Assembly: GCA_003427395.1 (NCBI GenBank)
Contig: BFEA01000043.1
Coordinates: forward strand, 4,514,632 to 4,563,245
DNA length: 48,614 bases
DNA from: Chara braunii
Taxonomy: Eukaryota; Plantae; Charophyceae
Reading direction: 5' to 3'
The notes beneath the pieces were generated by a model that saw nothing but the letters and a program-made list of their open reading frames with translations, did not search any database and had not been told where the DNA came from. Shown here piece after piece: positions 1 to 11,832 of this stretch. Made by a program: the position numbers and the translations under genes. Numbering within the stretch: the stretch's first letter is position 1; every line of letters starts with the position of its first letter.

Positions 1-71
1 TCTCTCTCTCTCTCCCTGCCGCTGTCCAATGCAGATGGATGCGCAAAAACTGACATTCAGAAAGACAGCAA

Positions 72-123
<52 letters not shown>

Positions 124-231
124 AAGAAACAGAAACAGAAGGGAAAACAGGTTGTGGGTGTGACAGCAAAATATGACAAAGCATCTCACACCTTCGTCAG
201 CCATTTTGTCCGATCGCTGTCTGCTCGCCAA

Positions 232-319
232 AGACCACTTTCACAACCACTGCCCTGCCGACTCTCCGAGAACACCAGAAGACCGTTTTCACAACCACTG
301 TCCTGGCCACTCTCCGAGA
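232..319. repeat. ~48-bp tandem duplication (AAGACC..TTTCACAACCACTG.CCTG.C.ACTCTCCGAGA x2; degenerate third copy near 487)
   Basis: Two near-identical units visible directly in the sequence. Confidence 0.7.
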
Positions 320-569
320 GGATCGGTGTATGGCCACCTTGCCACACGTAGCCGAGCGCAGCTGCCCTTCCAAAATACTTCTCCTTCCAAAACACTTTTC
401 TCACCATCACCTCCCTTCCCGCCCTCCTATCATTTAACCTGACGACACATCGGCGACCGGTCTCCGCAATCGCTCTCTGCTCAGCAAAGAGTGCTTTCAC
501 AACCCTTCCCTGCCCAGTGTCCCACAGCGGCGCTATATGGCCGCGTAGGCACACCTCGATGGGTGCAAA

Positions 570-746
570 ACTCTTCTGTCGTCCGCTTCGGTCCTTCCGC
601 CTGCGTCATTTCGCGTTGACGTCACCGCACGTCGCTGACCGTCTTCCCACCCTCACATCCTTTCCACTGCCATCCGCTTCGGTCCTCGCACCTCCGCCCG
701 TTCCCGTCATTTCACGTCACCGCGCGTCGCTCACCGTTTTCCCACC
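570..746. repeat. Diverged GC-rich tandem duplication (TCCGCTTCGGTCCT...CGTCACCGC.CGTCGCT.ACCGT.TTCCCACC x2)
   Basis: Two homologous ~75-bp units about 90 bp apart. Confidence 0.6.
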
Positions 747-1391
747 GTGCCCTCCTTTCCGCTACCTCCTTTGGGACGCGCACGACGATCCAGGTCCGTG
801 ACTGCCTCCTCATTGCCCTATGTGCCGGCATTTCTCCGGCCCTCGTCCCGCACTGAGCCACTCGGTTTCTGTCGGTCCCCATGCGAGGACCGCTGTTGGC
901 TTTAGTAGTATAAGGACAAAAGAAGACAGGCGGAGCGCGTCATAAAATTTACGTAGATGCCGGGATATCTGCTGCAAATCAGGTCTAGCGTCTCACAGCC
1001 TCACTCACACACTGGTCAGGGCCAGAAGGTTGAACTTCAAGACAGTTCAGGGCCATTAGAAAAACACCCTTTGACTACACCATCTCATCCAAACGCCCCC
1101 TGTCCTCTTGGCCAACCACTCTGTCGAAAAGCAGTGATTTTGAGACTTGAGTGTTATCCACAGGCCCAGCTTTCTGAAGCCTGTTGAGGAGTGTAACCAT
1201 CCATGGCTTAAAAAATTCAAAACCTTGAGCGCAAGCAGTGAATCAATGCCAGGGATCTTTACTTGAATATAGATTATGGTTCTGTTGCCCAGAAAGGAGG
1301 AGAAGAAAGCTCTCGGTTTGCACATCTGATGATGGGAAGAAAACTCTCTGTTTGCTCATCTGTGAGATCGGGATGAGCTGAGGTCTCCGCC

Positions 1392-1393
<2 letters not shown>

Positions 1394-1447
<54 letters not shown>

Positions 1448-1481
1448 CTCGCTCTTGCTCTGTGTGTGTGTGTGTGTGTGT
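1394..1481. repeat. Compound (CT)n/(TG)n microsatellite. Representative of others at ~78-115, 3038-3101, 12597-12660, 13245-13303, 15238-15620, 16725-16812, 35272-35846 and 48541-48614
   Basis: Simple repeats, several flanking N-gaps. Confidence 0.95.
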
Positions 1482-3035
1482 GGCAACAAGGGCACACAAC
1501 GATGTGCGTGTGGAGAACTGCCACCTGCCCAGGGTAGCCTGCGCATTCGAATTTGAATGGCCAGTGTACACTAGGTGGGCGGTTGATCTCTGAGAAAACA
1601 TCGGCGGCCTTCATTGTTTTTAGTGCGCAGCCTGGGACTATAGGCCGGTCGGAGGGGGGCTACGGGGTCAATGCATGCTGCTTTGGCATTTTGCGCTTGG
1701 TGGCCCAGTGACCCGTTGGGCGAGCAGCCTGGCCAAGCGACCCAGGTGGATTCCCGGCAGGTCTGAGCCATCCTGCGCTGCCCGGATGGTAGCCCAAATC
1801 ATAATCGGTTTATCAACTTTATCTTTAACAGTTATGAGTTTTAACTTTTCCTTCAACTTTTCACCTTTCTTTGTTTTTCAATGGAAGTTACAATTTTTTT
1901 GAGAAAACTTCGAAAAGCTTCGCCATATGTCATCTTACCTGACTTTGGAGACCTCTGTTTGATGTCGTTTGCTTTGCTGTGTCCCTAGACTCCCTACCCT
2001 TTTTTCTATACTCTACCATTTTTTGAATCGTGAAATCATGAATGAAAAACTGCACCGAAATACGGAGTCCACTCAGCCGATGCTGCTGCGCCTCATTTTG
2101 TTGTCTTCTGACGAACAAAACAGGGCGTTGTGGTCCTCGGACTCGTGCCTCCATTCTATTGACGGCAGTTGCGCCTTCTTTAGTTCCTGTTATCTGCCGA
2201 ATTGGCATTTAGCTCCTCTTTTCTTTTCTCAATTAAATCACCCTTCCTTTTCTCTGACCGCCCAGGTTACTACAGGGCCTTCAATGTCTCAGGTGCTCCA
2301 TTCGATGACCAATCCCACAGCCACAGTTCACTCTATCATCCGCGGAAAGTGGACCAAGCACAGAGGCTGGTCAAGAAAAGGGAGAGGTGGTTTATACTAA
2401 CCATAGTTCTGTAAGCCAGTCCTGTTCCACATGTTGAACTGTCTGAAAAAAGCTTTGGAACCCCTTGTCTTCGAGTTTTTCGGTACTTTTTCCTTTTGGG
2501 GGGTTATTTTTGGAAAGTTGCTCCGGCCTACTGGCCGGGACTGGCATCTGCTGGATGCTGGGTCCATCATCCCCTATACCAAGAGTGAGTAGATGATGAT
2601 GGAGAAATGCACAGAGGGAGAGNNNNNNNNNNNNNNNNNNNNNNNNNNNNNNNNNNNNNNNNNNNNNNNNNNNNNNNNNNNNNNNNNNNNNNNNNNNNNN
2701 NNNNNNNNNNNNNNNNNNNNNNNNNNNNNNNNNNNNNNNNNNNNNNNNNNNNNNNNNNNNNNNNNNNNNNNNNNNNNNNNNNNNNNNNNNNNNNNNNNNN
2801 NNNNNNNNNNNNNNNNNNNNNNNNNNNNNNNNNNNNNNNNNNNNNNNNNNNNNNNNNNNNNNNNNNNNNNNNNNNNNNNNNNNNNNNNNNNNNNNNNNNN
2901 NNNNNNNNNNNNNNNNNNNNNNNNNNNNNNNNNNNNNNNNNNNNNNNNNNNNNNNNNNNNNNNNNNNNNNNNNNNNNNNNNNNATGGAAAAAGCAAGGGA
3001 CTCCGCGTGAGGGCACGTGAGAATGGATGGGAAGA

Positions 3036-3105
<70 letters not shown>

Positions 3106-3245
3106 CATGGTACCGCAAGGGTTGCAGGCATAGAAAAGAGGACAGGCAGGGAAGAGCTTTATCTTAGAAATTGTGCACAGCTCTACATTGTTGCAGCTAC
3201 CTTCTTACTTGGCGGCCATTCTTTGGTGTTGCTGTCTTGCTGCAG

Positions 3246-4316
3246 GCTGCCGTCTCCTTCCTTGTGTCGTCAATGCGCCGCTTTCGGCAGACTGTGCTAC
3301 GCAATGGACGGAGAACAAGGGATCCGGATGCTTTCACACCCGTTGAACGGCGTCTTCCCCCTCATCCCCCACCAGCTTCAGCTCCGGATGAAGGTTCTTC
3401 TTTCATGGTTGGCATATCTGGTCCAGAACAGAGGGCAGCGCAGGTTTCCTCTTTTCCGGAACGTGGGGCTGTGATTGACCGTGGACACACTGAGTTTATT
3501 ATTGAAGATGCCCGGGAAGGACATGTTGGTTCCCGCACAAATGGCGTCTCTCATCCGTTTTGGCGACAGGTACTTCATCATACTGCAAGACACGCCGAGC
3601 TCCCATCGTATGCAGGCTATGGAAATGAGAGTAGTTCTCATGATGTTCGAAGTGAGAGCTCAGTGGGCACCATTGGTTCTGGCACGAACCACCTCTCCCA
3701 CCCATTCTTGCCACAGGTGCTCCATCATGCCCCAAGGCATGCAGAGCACCCATCCTATGCAGAGGTTGGATATGAGGGGAGTTCTTTAGGTGTTGGGAGC
3801 GAGAGCCCAGTGCGCACATTGGTAGATCATTCAACACACAGAGACAGTGACGTAGATGACGAGCGAGAGCGCAGTGTGGCGAGCAGCATCTTAGCTGATC
3901 AAGCCTGGGCCTACCAACGATCGTCCATTTCAGAAGGCCAAGCGTGCCGTTCCCGAAGACAGACCACAGAAACTAGTGCTCCCCATGTGCATGTACTGCT
4001 CTCGGGACCTGAAGGGAATGTTCTCCGGGAAGGGAACAGCCAGCAGGTCTTGTGGGCAGAAGGTGTAACCGCCGGTGATGGCTTACGAGATCGGGCACAA
4101 GATAGAGTGCCAATTAGGGCACACGGGGAGCTCGCGGGTCCGCATGGATGGCCTCATAACGGGGCAGCCGCGTCATATGGTGTGTTGTGTTCACACCAGC
4201 CGGGTATCGAAAGAGTATCGGGAAGGGACGAGGACTCAACGATTGTTGAGCTGTTTGTAGATTCTCGACGCTATCAGGATAACGTCGTTTTGACGGGAGC
4301 CAACCGGCTGCCATGA
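3246..4316 (+). CDS. Large coding exon of an unknown protein with a 2x49-aa His-rich internal repeat; probably part of a decayed multi-exon gene or transposon gene
   Basis: 381-codon open frame (3171-4316). Acceptor-like TTGCTGCAG ends at 3245 and the first ATG is at 3273. The repeat copies (3525 and 3672, period 147 bp) differ at 15 synonymous codons. Downstream in-frame sequence has stops and a GTGAG donor near 4580. Confidence 0.55.
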   Translation, partial: AAVSFLVSSMRRFRQTVLRNGRRTRDPDAFTPVERRLPPHPPPASAPDEGSSFMVGISGPEQRAAQVSSFPERGAVIDRGHTEFIIEDAREGHVGSRTNGVSHPFWRQVLHHTARHAELPSYAGYGNESSSHDVRSESSVGTIGSGTNHLSHPFLPQVLHHAPRHAEHPSYAEVGYEGSSLGVGSESPVRTLVDHSTHRDSDVDDERERSVASSILADQAWAYQRSSISEGQACRSRRQTTETSAPHVHVLLSGPEGNVLREGNSQQVLWAEGVTAGDGLRDRAQDRVPIRAHGELAGPHGWPHNGAAASYGVLCSHQPGIERVSGRDEDSTIVELFVDSRRYQDNVVLTGANRLP

Positions 4317-5971
4317 GGGGTACAGCTGACAGACTTCAGCATTCTGTGGTCAGAGTTGACCCTTTCTGGTCGACATCAACGTTTTCTAGTCATCAGGCAG
4401 CTGTGAAGATGTAGTCTAGTAGAATGAAGGGGCTCTTCTGTTGGGCGGCATCCCTTCTTCTTCTGTTCTGCAGTTGCGGAGGTGGTTGCCGTGCACCCAT
4501 CCACCATGCATGTAGTTTGCTGGAGCTTCTATGGCTAGAAGCTCGGTACGACAAACGATAACCAGAGTTAAAATGGGAGGTGAGGTGGAGTGTGTGCTTT
4601 GCGACAGAGGTGAGGTCCATTCTCTTCATCTGCTGTCATGGTATTGCGAATGTTGCTTTCTCTCATTCGGATGATCCAGAACCACTGTTTCGTGGAGGTG
4701 GTCTTGTGAGGCACGCGCATGGCAACAGTTTGAAAGTAGTAGAAACAAATAGGAAGGAAGGAAATGCAGGGGTGCTTGCTTTCACATGTGCAAGTATGCC
4801 CTCATAGCAAACTATCACCTGAGTGAAGCTGGGAGTCAGACGGAGTGTGCTTGTTTGCCGAGGTGAGGGTGCATTGGCTTCATCTACTGCGATGATGTTG
4901 AGATGCTTGATGTGAAGGTGGCACAACTTAACAAACGGCTTGAAACTTAGAAAAGAATGAAGGGTTGCTTGCATTGGCTCATGCAAGGTTTTACCCTCGT
5001 AGCAAAAACTTTGCAGTCTTGTGAGGCTGTGAAGGCGGAAAAAAACTGAACAGAACGCTGTTCTGTGGAGCTCTTGAAAGGTCGCAGAGGCGGCAAAACT
5101 TCTGAACCGCTAGAAGGGAATGATGGGAAGCTTTCTTTTGCTTATGCGGCTTGACCCTTGTAGCAGATGTGGGCTCATGTGGTAGGCGCAACATCCTTCT
5201 GAATTATGATTTTGTCTGCGCCGGGAATTTTTTTTTTCGGGCGGGGGCGGGGGCGGGGGGGCGGGATCGATATGTGCTTTCAATGTGCACTTTCCTTTCG
5301 CCTCTTTGCGATGCGATCTGGCTAAGCACATCTGGAATCATGTTTCCCGGCAAGGTCCTTCCAGAACTATGCCTTGATGGATGCAGGGAATCCGACCATG
5401 CCCTTTTCGTTACCTGCCTCTGGGGCTGGACCACCTGGGCAGGTTTTAGCAGATGGATTCTGATGGAAGGAAAAAACTGTTGCTGCGCCCAGATATGTTA
5501 TCCCATGGAGCAGCTGAAAATCTGGAGGCCCCGTGGCGACCACGCTGGTCACGAACACGGGGTGGTGGTTTAAAGATTACAAGGAGTGGGATTTTGCGAC
5601 AAAAGGCCTAGACGTAGTCCAGCACGGCACGGGGAAACTTGGGGTGCTCGTTGTCTTCAAATTGGAGCGGTGAGCAGGTAAGTTCTTTCTCATAGTAGGC
5701 ACACTGCGTGGAGAATCGGCTACAGACATGGGATATCATTTTGAAATAGTATGGATGAATTTCAGACCAGAATAAGGTCTTTTGACCTGAGAGCGTACAC
5801 GCGTGAGAGCTTTCCTGGGTGTATCTGGTCGCCGCTTAGCCAGATTACGGGTATCTGGTCGTCAATCGGACTCGATCTTCTCGATGTGCGGTCCGGAACG
5901 TAGCATCCGGACAAGTGGAAAAAGGCCCCAGGTAGTCGAGCCCTTCATGAAGTTGTAGCAGTCGTCATCGT

Positions 5972-6478
5972 GGACATCGAGTTTCGGTAAATTTAGGTTT
6001 TGACCGCGACGACCAGTCCTTAGACTCCTTATTGAACGTGACCGCAGTAGCACGCATGCAAAACTCAGTTCCAGAAGGTTATGCCCTCTGCTTATGCGAT
6101 CCTCATAATGCCCCATCTTGAAGTCATGGCAGTTATGGGACATTGAGTTTTCGTAAATTTTAGGTTCTGATGTCATCGACAGCCAGTTCTTAATGAACGT
6201 GGCTGCAATAGCATGCAAAATTCATTGAGTTTTCGTAAGTTAGGTTCTGATGGCAACGACAGCCAGTTCTCAATGAACGTGGCTGCAATAGCATATGACT
6301 TATTCATTGAGCATGGAGAAGTTAGGTCTTGATGTCATCGATAGCCAGTTCTCAATGAACGTGGCTGCAGTAGCATGCAAAATTCATTGCGTTTTCGTAA
6401 GTTAGGTTCTGATTGCAACGACAGCCAGTTCTCAATGAGCATGGCTGCAAAGCCTGCAATAGCATGCAAATCTCAGTT
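5972..6478. repeat. ~80-bp tandem array: 4 good copies starting 6141, 6223, 6305 and 6385, plus a degenerate copy at ~5974
   Basis: Unit CATTGAGTTTTCGTAAGTTAGGTTCTGATGGCAACGACAGCCAGTTCTCAATGAACGTGGCTGCAATAGCATGCAAAATT. Confidence 0.9.
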
Positions 6479-6689
6479 GGAAGAGAGGCCCCCTGTGAGT
6501 TTTCCCTGCTTGTGCGATCCTCATAGCAGCAAGCAAGTTACGTTTCGGAGGGATGTGAAGGGATCACTAGGTCGTCCTTTGCGACGCAGCTTTTTGGGAA
6601 TTGGATGTTCAGAGAGAAGGCCGGTGTGCTCGAGGATGAGAGACCATACTAATCGTTGAATTGACCGGCCACAGGTAATTTGGAATCAT

Positions 6690-6778
6690 TTTATTCTGGT
6701 CATTTGATGTATCTGGATTCGAACTCGGGTCTGATTCATATTTCAACAGTCCGTGTGTGTACCAACTGAGCTAGGCCC
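6690..6778 (-). mobile_element. tRNA-derived SINE head / tRNA pseudogene (Asn-like)
   Basis: Minus strand reads GGGCCTAGCTCAGTTGGTA (A box)...CTGTTGA...GAGTTCGAATCC (B box); homologous copy at 15927-16038. Confidence 0.65.
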
Positions 6779-7983
6779 GTTGGACCTTACTCATATTTGG
6801 GCTTTCCTAGATGTATCCGACCGCAATTACGGTTGGACCTGGATGTATCTGATGGCAATTACATCCGGAAATCGGTCGACGAAGTCCTAGCGTGAGTATG
6901 ACCGGAACTGTGCGAATCGAAAAATGGTCCTTGCAAGGAATTGGAAGAAGCAGTGCCCTCGAGTGTTTGGGTGAAGTATTGTGCTTCTCTTGTCACGGAC
7001 CGGTTCTGTATGTGACCGAAGGAGAAACAAACGCAGGGCTTTTGTATCTCTATCATCCTCCCTCTAACAGAACATAGGCTTATCTCATCTGTATCTGACC
7101 TCACAATTGGCCTCCTAAGTGCTGGCACGATGACACTGAGCTTATAATTAGTCGCAGCATAGGATAGCCAGCTTGCGCGTTCGTTCATTAGAATGTGCTT
7201 GTGCCCTAGCTTGCCACAGCCCTGGAGCATTGGGACCAGGCATCCTCCTCTCAGAGGTCATTTGCGCATTTGCCCTGGCACTTCCCAAGCATTTTGCCGT
7301 GTGGCCTCGAAGTACCGTGAGTGACTGACCTGACCGACCAACTAGTAATGTGCTTGTTATGTATCGGGGCCTGCAATGGCTAATGGGCTGGCTTATTTAT
7401 GGAAGGCATTCTCCAGAGAGGTCTTTGAAAGTGAAATCTGCAAGGAGCCTGTTGTGCGATCCGTCTCCTCCTCATTGTCTTGCGAATTCAACTTCAGACA
7501 TTTTGCATTCAGGAACCCTGGTACGGAATTACCGATACTTATGGCCTCGCTCCACTACACAACACTCCACATGCATTTGGACGCTTTGTGGACCAGGTGC
7601 ATTCGGACAAGTCCAACATTGTGAATGTATCAGGTCCAGAAAGTGTCCGAATTCATATACAGTGCCGTGTATTCGAAGAAGGCCCTCAGCTTGTGTTTCC
7701 GCTGCATTCTTCATCGTTGACAAATTTTCGCCATCGGTTCTGCAATGGTCCGGCGAGCAATCGGAAGGTCTGCATTTGTTCGCCTCCAAGCCCCCCTGGT
7801 GGGCTTCCGTCAGGGTGGTTCTAACTTGTAAGGGTGTGAGCACAACTGTACTTTCTTGAATGTATCTGACAGCAATCAAGGGCATATTCCGTCGACAAGT
7901 TGGTGGACTGTGTTCGCTCAAAGAAATATCTCATGCATTAGGTTCTACTGTCTTACAGATATATTCAGAGCTCTGGCACGTGT

Positions 7984-8310
7984 CCGATGAGGCGAAGGGT
8001 ATGATGGGCTCAAAACTCCCGTAACCTTCGATGCTTAGGGTCGGCTGGTAAGTTACGGGTTCAGATCGCCTAGTCATTGCCTAATCGATGAGGCGAAGGT
8101 TATGGGTTATGGGAGGTTTGAACCCACAACCTATAAGAGTGTGGTCACACATCGATTAGGCAACTATGACATGGGTTCAAATTCCGACGGAGTTTTGAAC
8201 CCATAACCTATAAGAGTGTGGTCGCGCATCGATTAGGCAATGGCATGGGTTCAAACTCCGACTGCACATCGATTAGGCGAAAGTTATGGGTCCAGATCTC
8301 GCCTAGCGAA
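7984..8310. repeat. Complex direct/inverted repeat block (77-bp units at 8117 and 8194 bounded by TTTGAACCCA/TGGGTTCAAA; CATCGATTAGGC in both orientations)
   Basis: Direct inspection. Confidence 0.8.
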
Positions 8311-9489
8311 GGAGTTCTACCTCAGGTGTTAATAGTGTTTGTCAGGAGCACCGAGCAGGAATGTCAAACGCTATGAGGGGGTTGCTTGTATAAAAAGGGC
8401 ATACGCATACTCGCACTCGGAGTTTTTCCACTTCTCTGTGGACTTGATTGCGGTCAGGTGCATCCAGGCGGGTTAGGAAAAGCGGGCACATACATCGAGG
8501 AAAATCCTATTGTGAGTATGCCCTAAGCCAAGAAGGTTTGGGGCGCCGCAAGGGAGAGTACAATGGAATGAGGAGAGGGATGGATATCCAACCAGTGGTG
8601 TTGGTACACACAGAGCACATTACGGGCTCACTCTGCTACAAAAAAACGTTCTACATGTCTCTGGATCTGCTATTGGTCCCAGTACATGCAAAATGTTGGA
8701 TCAGGCCAAATGTATCTGGCTGACTTGTGAGTCCCACATTCATCTTGAATGATGAGGAGTGGAGCNNNNNNNNNNNNNNNNNNNNNNNNNNNNNNNNNNN
8801 NNNNNNNNNNNNNNNNNNNNNNNNNNNNNNATCAGGCCAAATGTATCTGGCTGACTTGTGAGTCCCACATTCATCTTGAATGATGAGGAGTGGAGCAGAG
8901 GATCTGCAATGAGCAGAGTACAATGGAACCAGGAGAGAGATGGATGCCCAAGCACCGGTGGCGCATTCAGCACATAGGGCTTCGCTCCACTAGTCAACGT
9001 CCAACAAGGATCTGTACTGGCTCCTAGACCAGATACGTCTTGACTGATCCAACATTTCAAACATATCGGACCTCTTACAGGTCCATATACATGTAGTATG
9101 CTGTGCAGTGGAGCGAGGTCCATAGTCACGTGAACATTTGAGAGTTCTTTTTCGTCTATTTGGCGAGTCATTTGCTGTTGCGAGGAACTGGCAATAACAT
9201 CCAGCAGGCCATCTGTAGTGAATGGCTGCCGAGAATGGTGAAGGCGTAAATTACAAGGCCAGTCCATAAAGGAAACACTTCGGTTCTAGATTGAATCTGG
9301 ACGGGTGATCGTGCAGAACAGAACGAAGAAGCTCCTGACACTGGAAAGAGAATCTCCGTAGGAGGAGTACAGGTTTGAGTAGTTTCCACACTCTTCTGTG
9401 TGGCGAGATGCGTGGCTGATACAGGGGGTGTCTTTGGAGGGTGTTCAAGTGTCAATCTGACATATCGATATCGACTTCTTGCCCGGGAC

Positions 9490-10150
9490 TTGCGAAGGCT
9501 CGATGACGATGATTTCTGATTTCCCACCGGTCAAGCATCAAGGGACAGAGAGAGTCGCTTCTTGAAAGCTTTTATGTATGTTCGTTTTAAAATCTTGCAG
9601 CGCAGCACCGTTTCGAATAGTCGGTGGCGATGATCTCCCGTTCAATCATCAAGGACAAAGACGGACTTGACTCGGAAGACGATCACTTCGCCGCACAGTA
9701 CTCTTTTCAACTTGCACGGAACTCGCGAATAGTTGGTGGCGATGATGGCTCGTTCAATCATGGAGGACAAAGACGGTCTTGACTCGGTACGCAATCGTGG
9801 AGAGAGTCTCTTCTTGAAAGCGTTTATGTATGTTTGTGTTAATCTTGCAGCACAGCGCCATTTCAAATAGTTGGTGGCGATGATTTCCCGTTCGATGATC
9901 GAGGACAAAGACGGCCTTGACTCCGAAGACGATCGCTTTGCAGCACAGCACTCTTTTCAACTTGCACCGCACTTGCGAATAGTTGGTGGCGATGATTCCC
10001 CGTTCGATCACGGAGAAGGACAAAGGCGGTCTCGAATTGGAATGCAATCGATTTCCTTGCGATAATCTTTGCATGCTGTTTTGACTTCTCGCCCGCGACT
10101 CGCAAAGAGTTGGCGACGACGATTTGCTGCTCGATCATCGAGGACAACGA
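9490..10150. repeat. Higher-order tandem repeat: ~60-bp core (AATAGTTGGTGGCGATGAT...GGACAAAGACGG) alternating with two spacer types, ~250-bp dimer period
   Basis: Cores near 9616, 9727, 9865 and 9977, degenerate near 9495 and 10105; the spacer at ~9548 matches the one at ~9800. Confidence 0.85.
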
Positions 10151-11049
10151 GGGCCCAGATTTGCCGCAGGGGAAACAGTCCAGGGATCAGCAGGAGGAGT
10201 TTTGAGTCATTTTGTGACTCTGCACGACGACACTTCTGCAGCTTGCAGTGAAGGCTGCAGAAGCGTGAATAAGTGCCGCGTGGCACAGTTATGGGTTGCG
10301 CATTTCCAAGTCGGCGCTGGGAATTGTCGCCCCCCCCCACATTACACATTTACTACCTCCAGTACTACCAGCTAGGTGATGTATATGAGCTAATTGAATT
10401 ATTGAACCTACTTCCCTCTCTCCTGTGTGGCTCACATCTATTCTTTGTTACATAGTACTAACCGTCGGAATTTGATTTCACAACTGAACCGTGGTAATTT
10501 AATTTTATTACAACTTTTAGTCGCACTCTACAGAGACAGTTGCATTTGGCAATTGATGTCTCACAAATGTTTTAAGCCACCCGTACCTACCGCATTTTTC
10601 ATACCCCCCAGGTTCGAATGAATTTGGACTGGAGGGGCAGGCTGATTCGGCTACCGTGTTTACGGTAGCCCCAACCGGTAGGTACTGGTCGTTTAACAGT
10701 TTGAACTGGCGGTTCGAACCGTCGTATTCCTTTCAGCGGTTGCGAGGGCTGCTGTTGTCCTCATCTCAGATGTGTCAGACTGCTCTTCGATTTGTGCAGT
10801 GTTTTTAAATCATCAGCCTGTTTCGTATTTTTTATGACGACTATGTCGTTTGTAATTTTTTATTTTTTTTTGTCCTTGTTGAATTGTTTTTTAAACTTTT
10901 TCAAACTTTTTATGCTCGCCAGTTCGTTACCAGGCGTAACCTTTTTTTTTTTTTTTTTTTTTTTTTTGAAAGACCCCTTACTTGATTCACTGCAGGCGTA
11001 ACTTGATTCACTGCAGGTACGAGATATCACGCGTTCCTAATGCGACCGA

Positions 11050-11794
11050 TGATGTCAGAAAGGTCGCAGGCTCTTGGGGAAGACGTTGCAGGCTGATGTC
11101 AGAGATGTCACAGACTTCTGTTGCAGAAGGTCATTCGGTGCTGTCACACAAATAATTGATGTCTCACAGTGACACAGACTTATTTCATGTGTGGTGTATA
11201 GGTATTGCAGCCGTCTGAGTGTTATTCGATGCCAAAAAGAGTGCCACATGCTGTTGTCACAGTGTCACAGAGTCACAGACCACTGGCTCTGCTTCCACAC
11301 GTTGTAAACTGATATCTGTCACATACGTCACAGACTGCTCTCGCAGTTATTGCAGACTGATGTCACAGATGTCACACATTGCTGACAGAGATGTGGCACT
11401 TCGCTGACTTTTGTCACAGATATTGCACAACAGGCTATATGGATTTGGGGGTTAGTGAGGTGACGTTATAAGAGGGTTCAGGCCCTTTTCAGGGGTTTTC
11501 CTGGGATTAATGCGAAAAGCAGCACGCTACGATGTTTATGACGGGAGAGTGACGTCATAGATATTGCAGATTGTTGTCACAGAGAATGAGGACTGATGTC
11601 ACAGACATTACGGTGGTGCATCCTGTCTCTCAGAATGTACAGCGTAGCAATATGCTTGAACAATCACTGTCAGCCCCCAAACCGAAAGTTTTGGGGTACC
11701 GACGCATTAGACGAGCCTTCTGCATGCGGGTACATAACTCCACGCGACGGTCGCAAATTGAGGGTATTGATGCTTTAACACATTGAAGTCGGGT

Positions 11795-11832
<38 letters not shown>

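Larger units (their letters stand above)
4317..9480 (+). pseudogene. Possible decayed downstream exons of the same gene (coding-like patches ~4320-4580, 5330-5680, 6890-7320, 7470-7820, 8500-9480)
   Basis: Stop-interrupted protein-like frames and donor-like sites (CAGGTAAG ~5676, CAGGTAAT ~6672); no recognisable domain. Confidence 0.2.

Noticed and set aside
1320-1350. CTGATGA...GAAA hammerhead-like words (similar partial hits at ~22810, 47029 and 47100)
   Set aside because: No stem II/III or second core in the correct arrangement
2050-2600. Possible decayed transposase on the minus strand
   Set aside because: Many stops and no identifiable catalytic motif
2392-3131. Long ORFs spanning N-gaps and microsatellites (also at 15074-15727, 17590-18344 and 35064-35942)
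   Set aside because: Open only because of N runs and simple repeats
6715-6778. Functional tRNA gene
   Set aside because: No acceptor stem or proper anticodon stem; treated as SINE head/pseudogene
8700-8896. Identical ~66-bp sequence on both sides of a 65-N gap
   Set aside because: Typical unmerged contig overlap; assembly artefact
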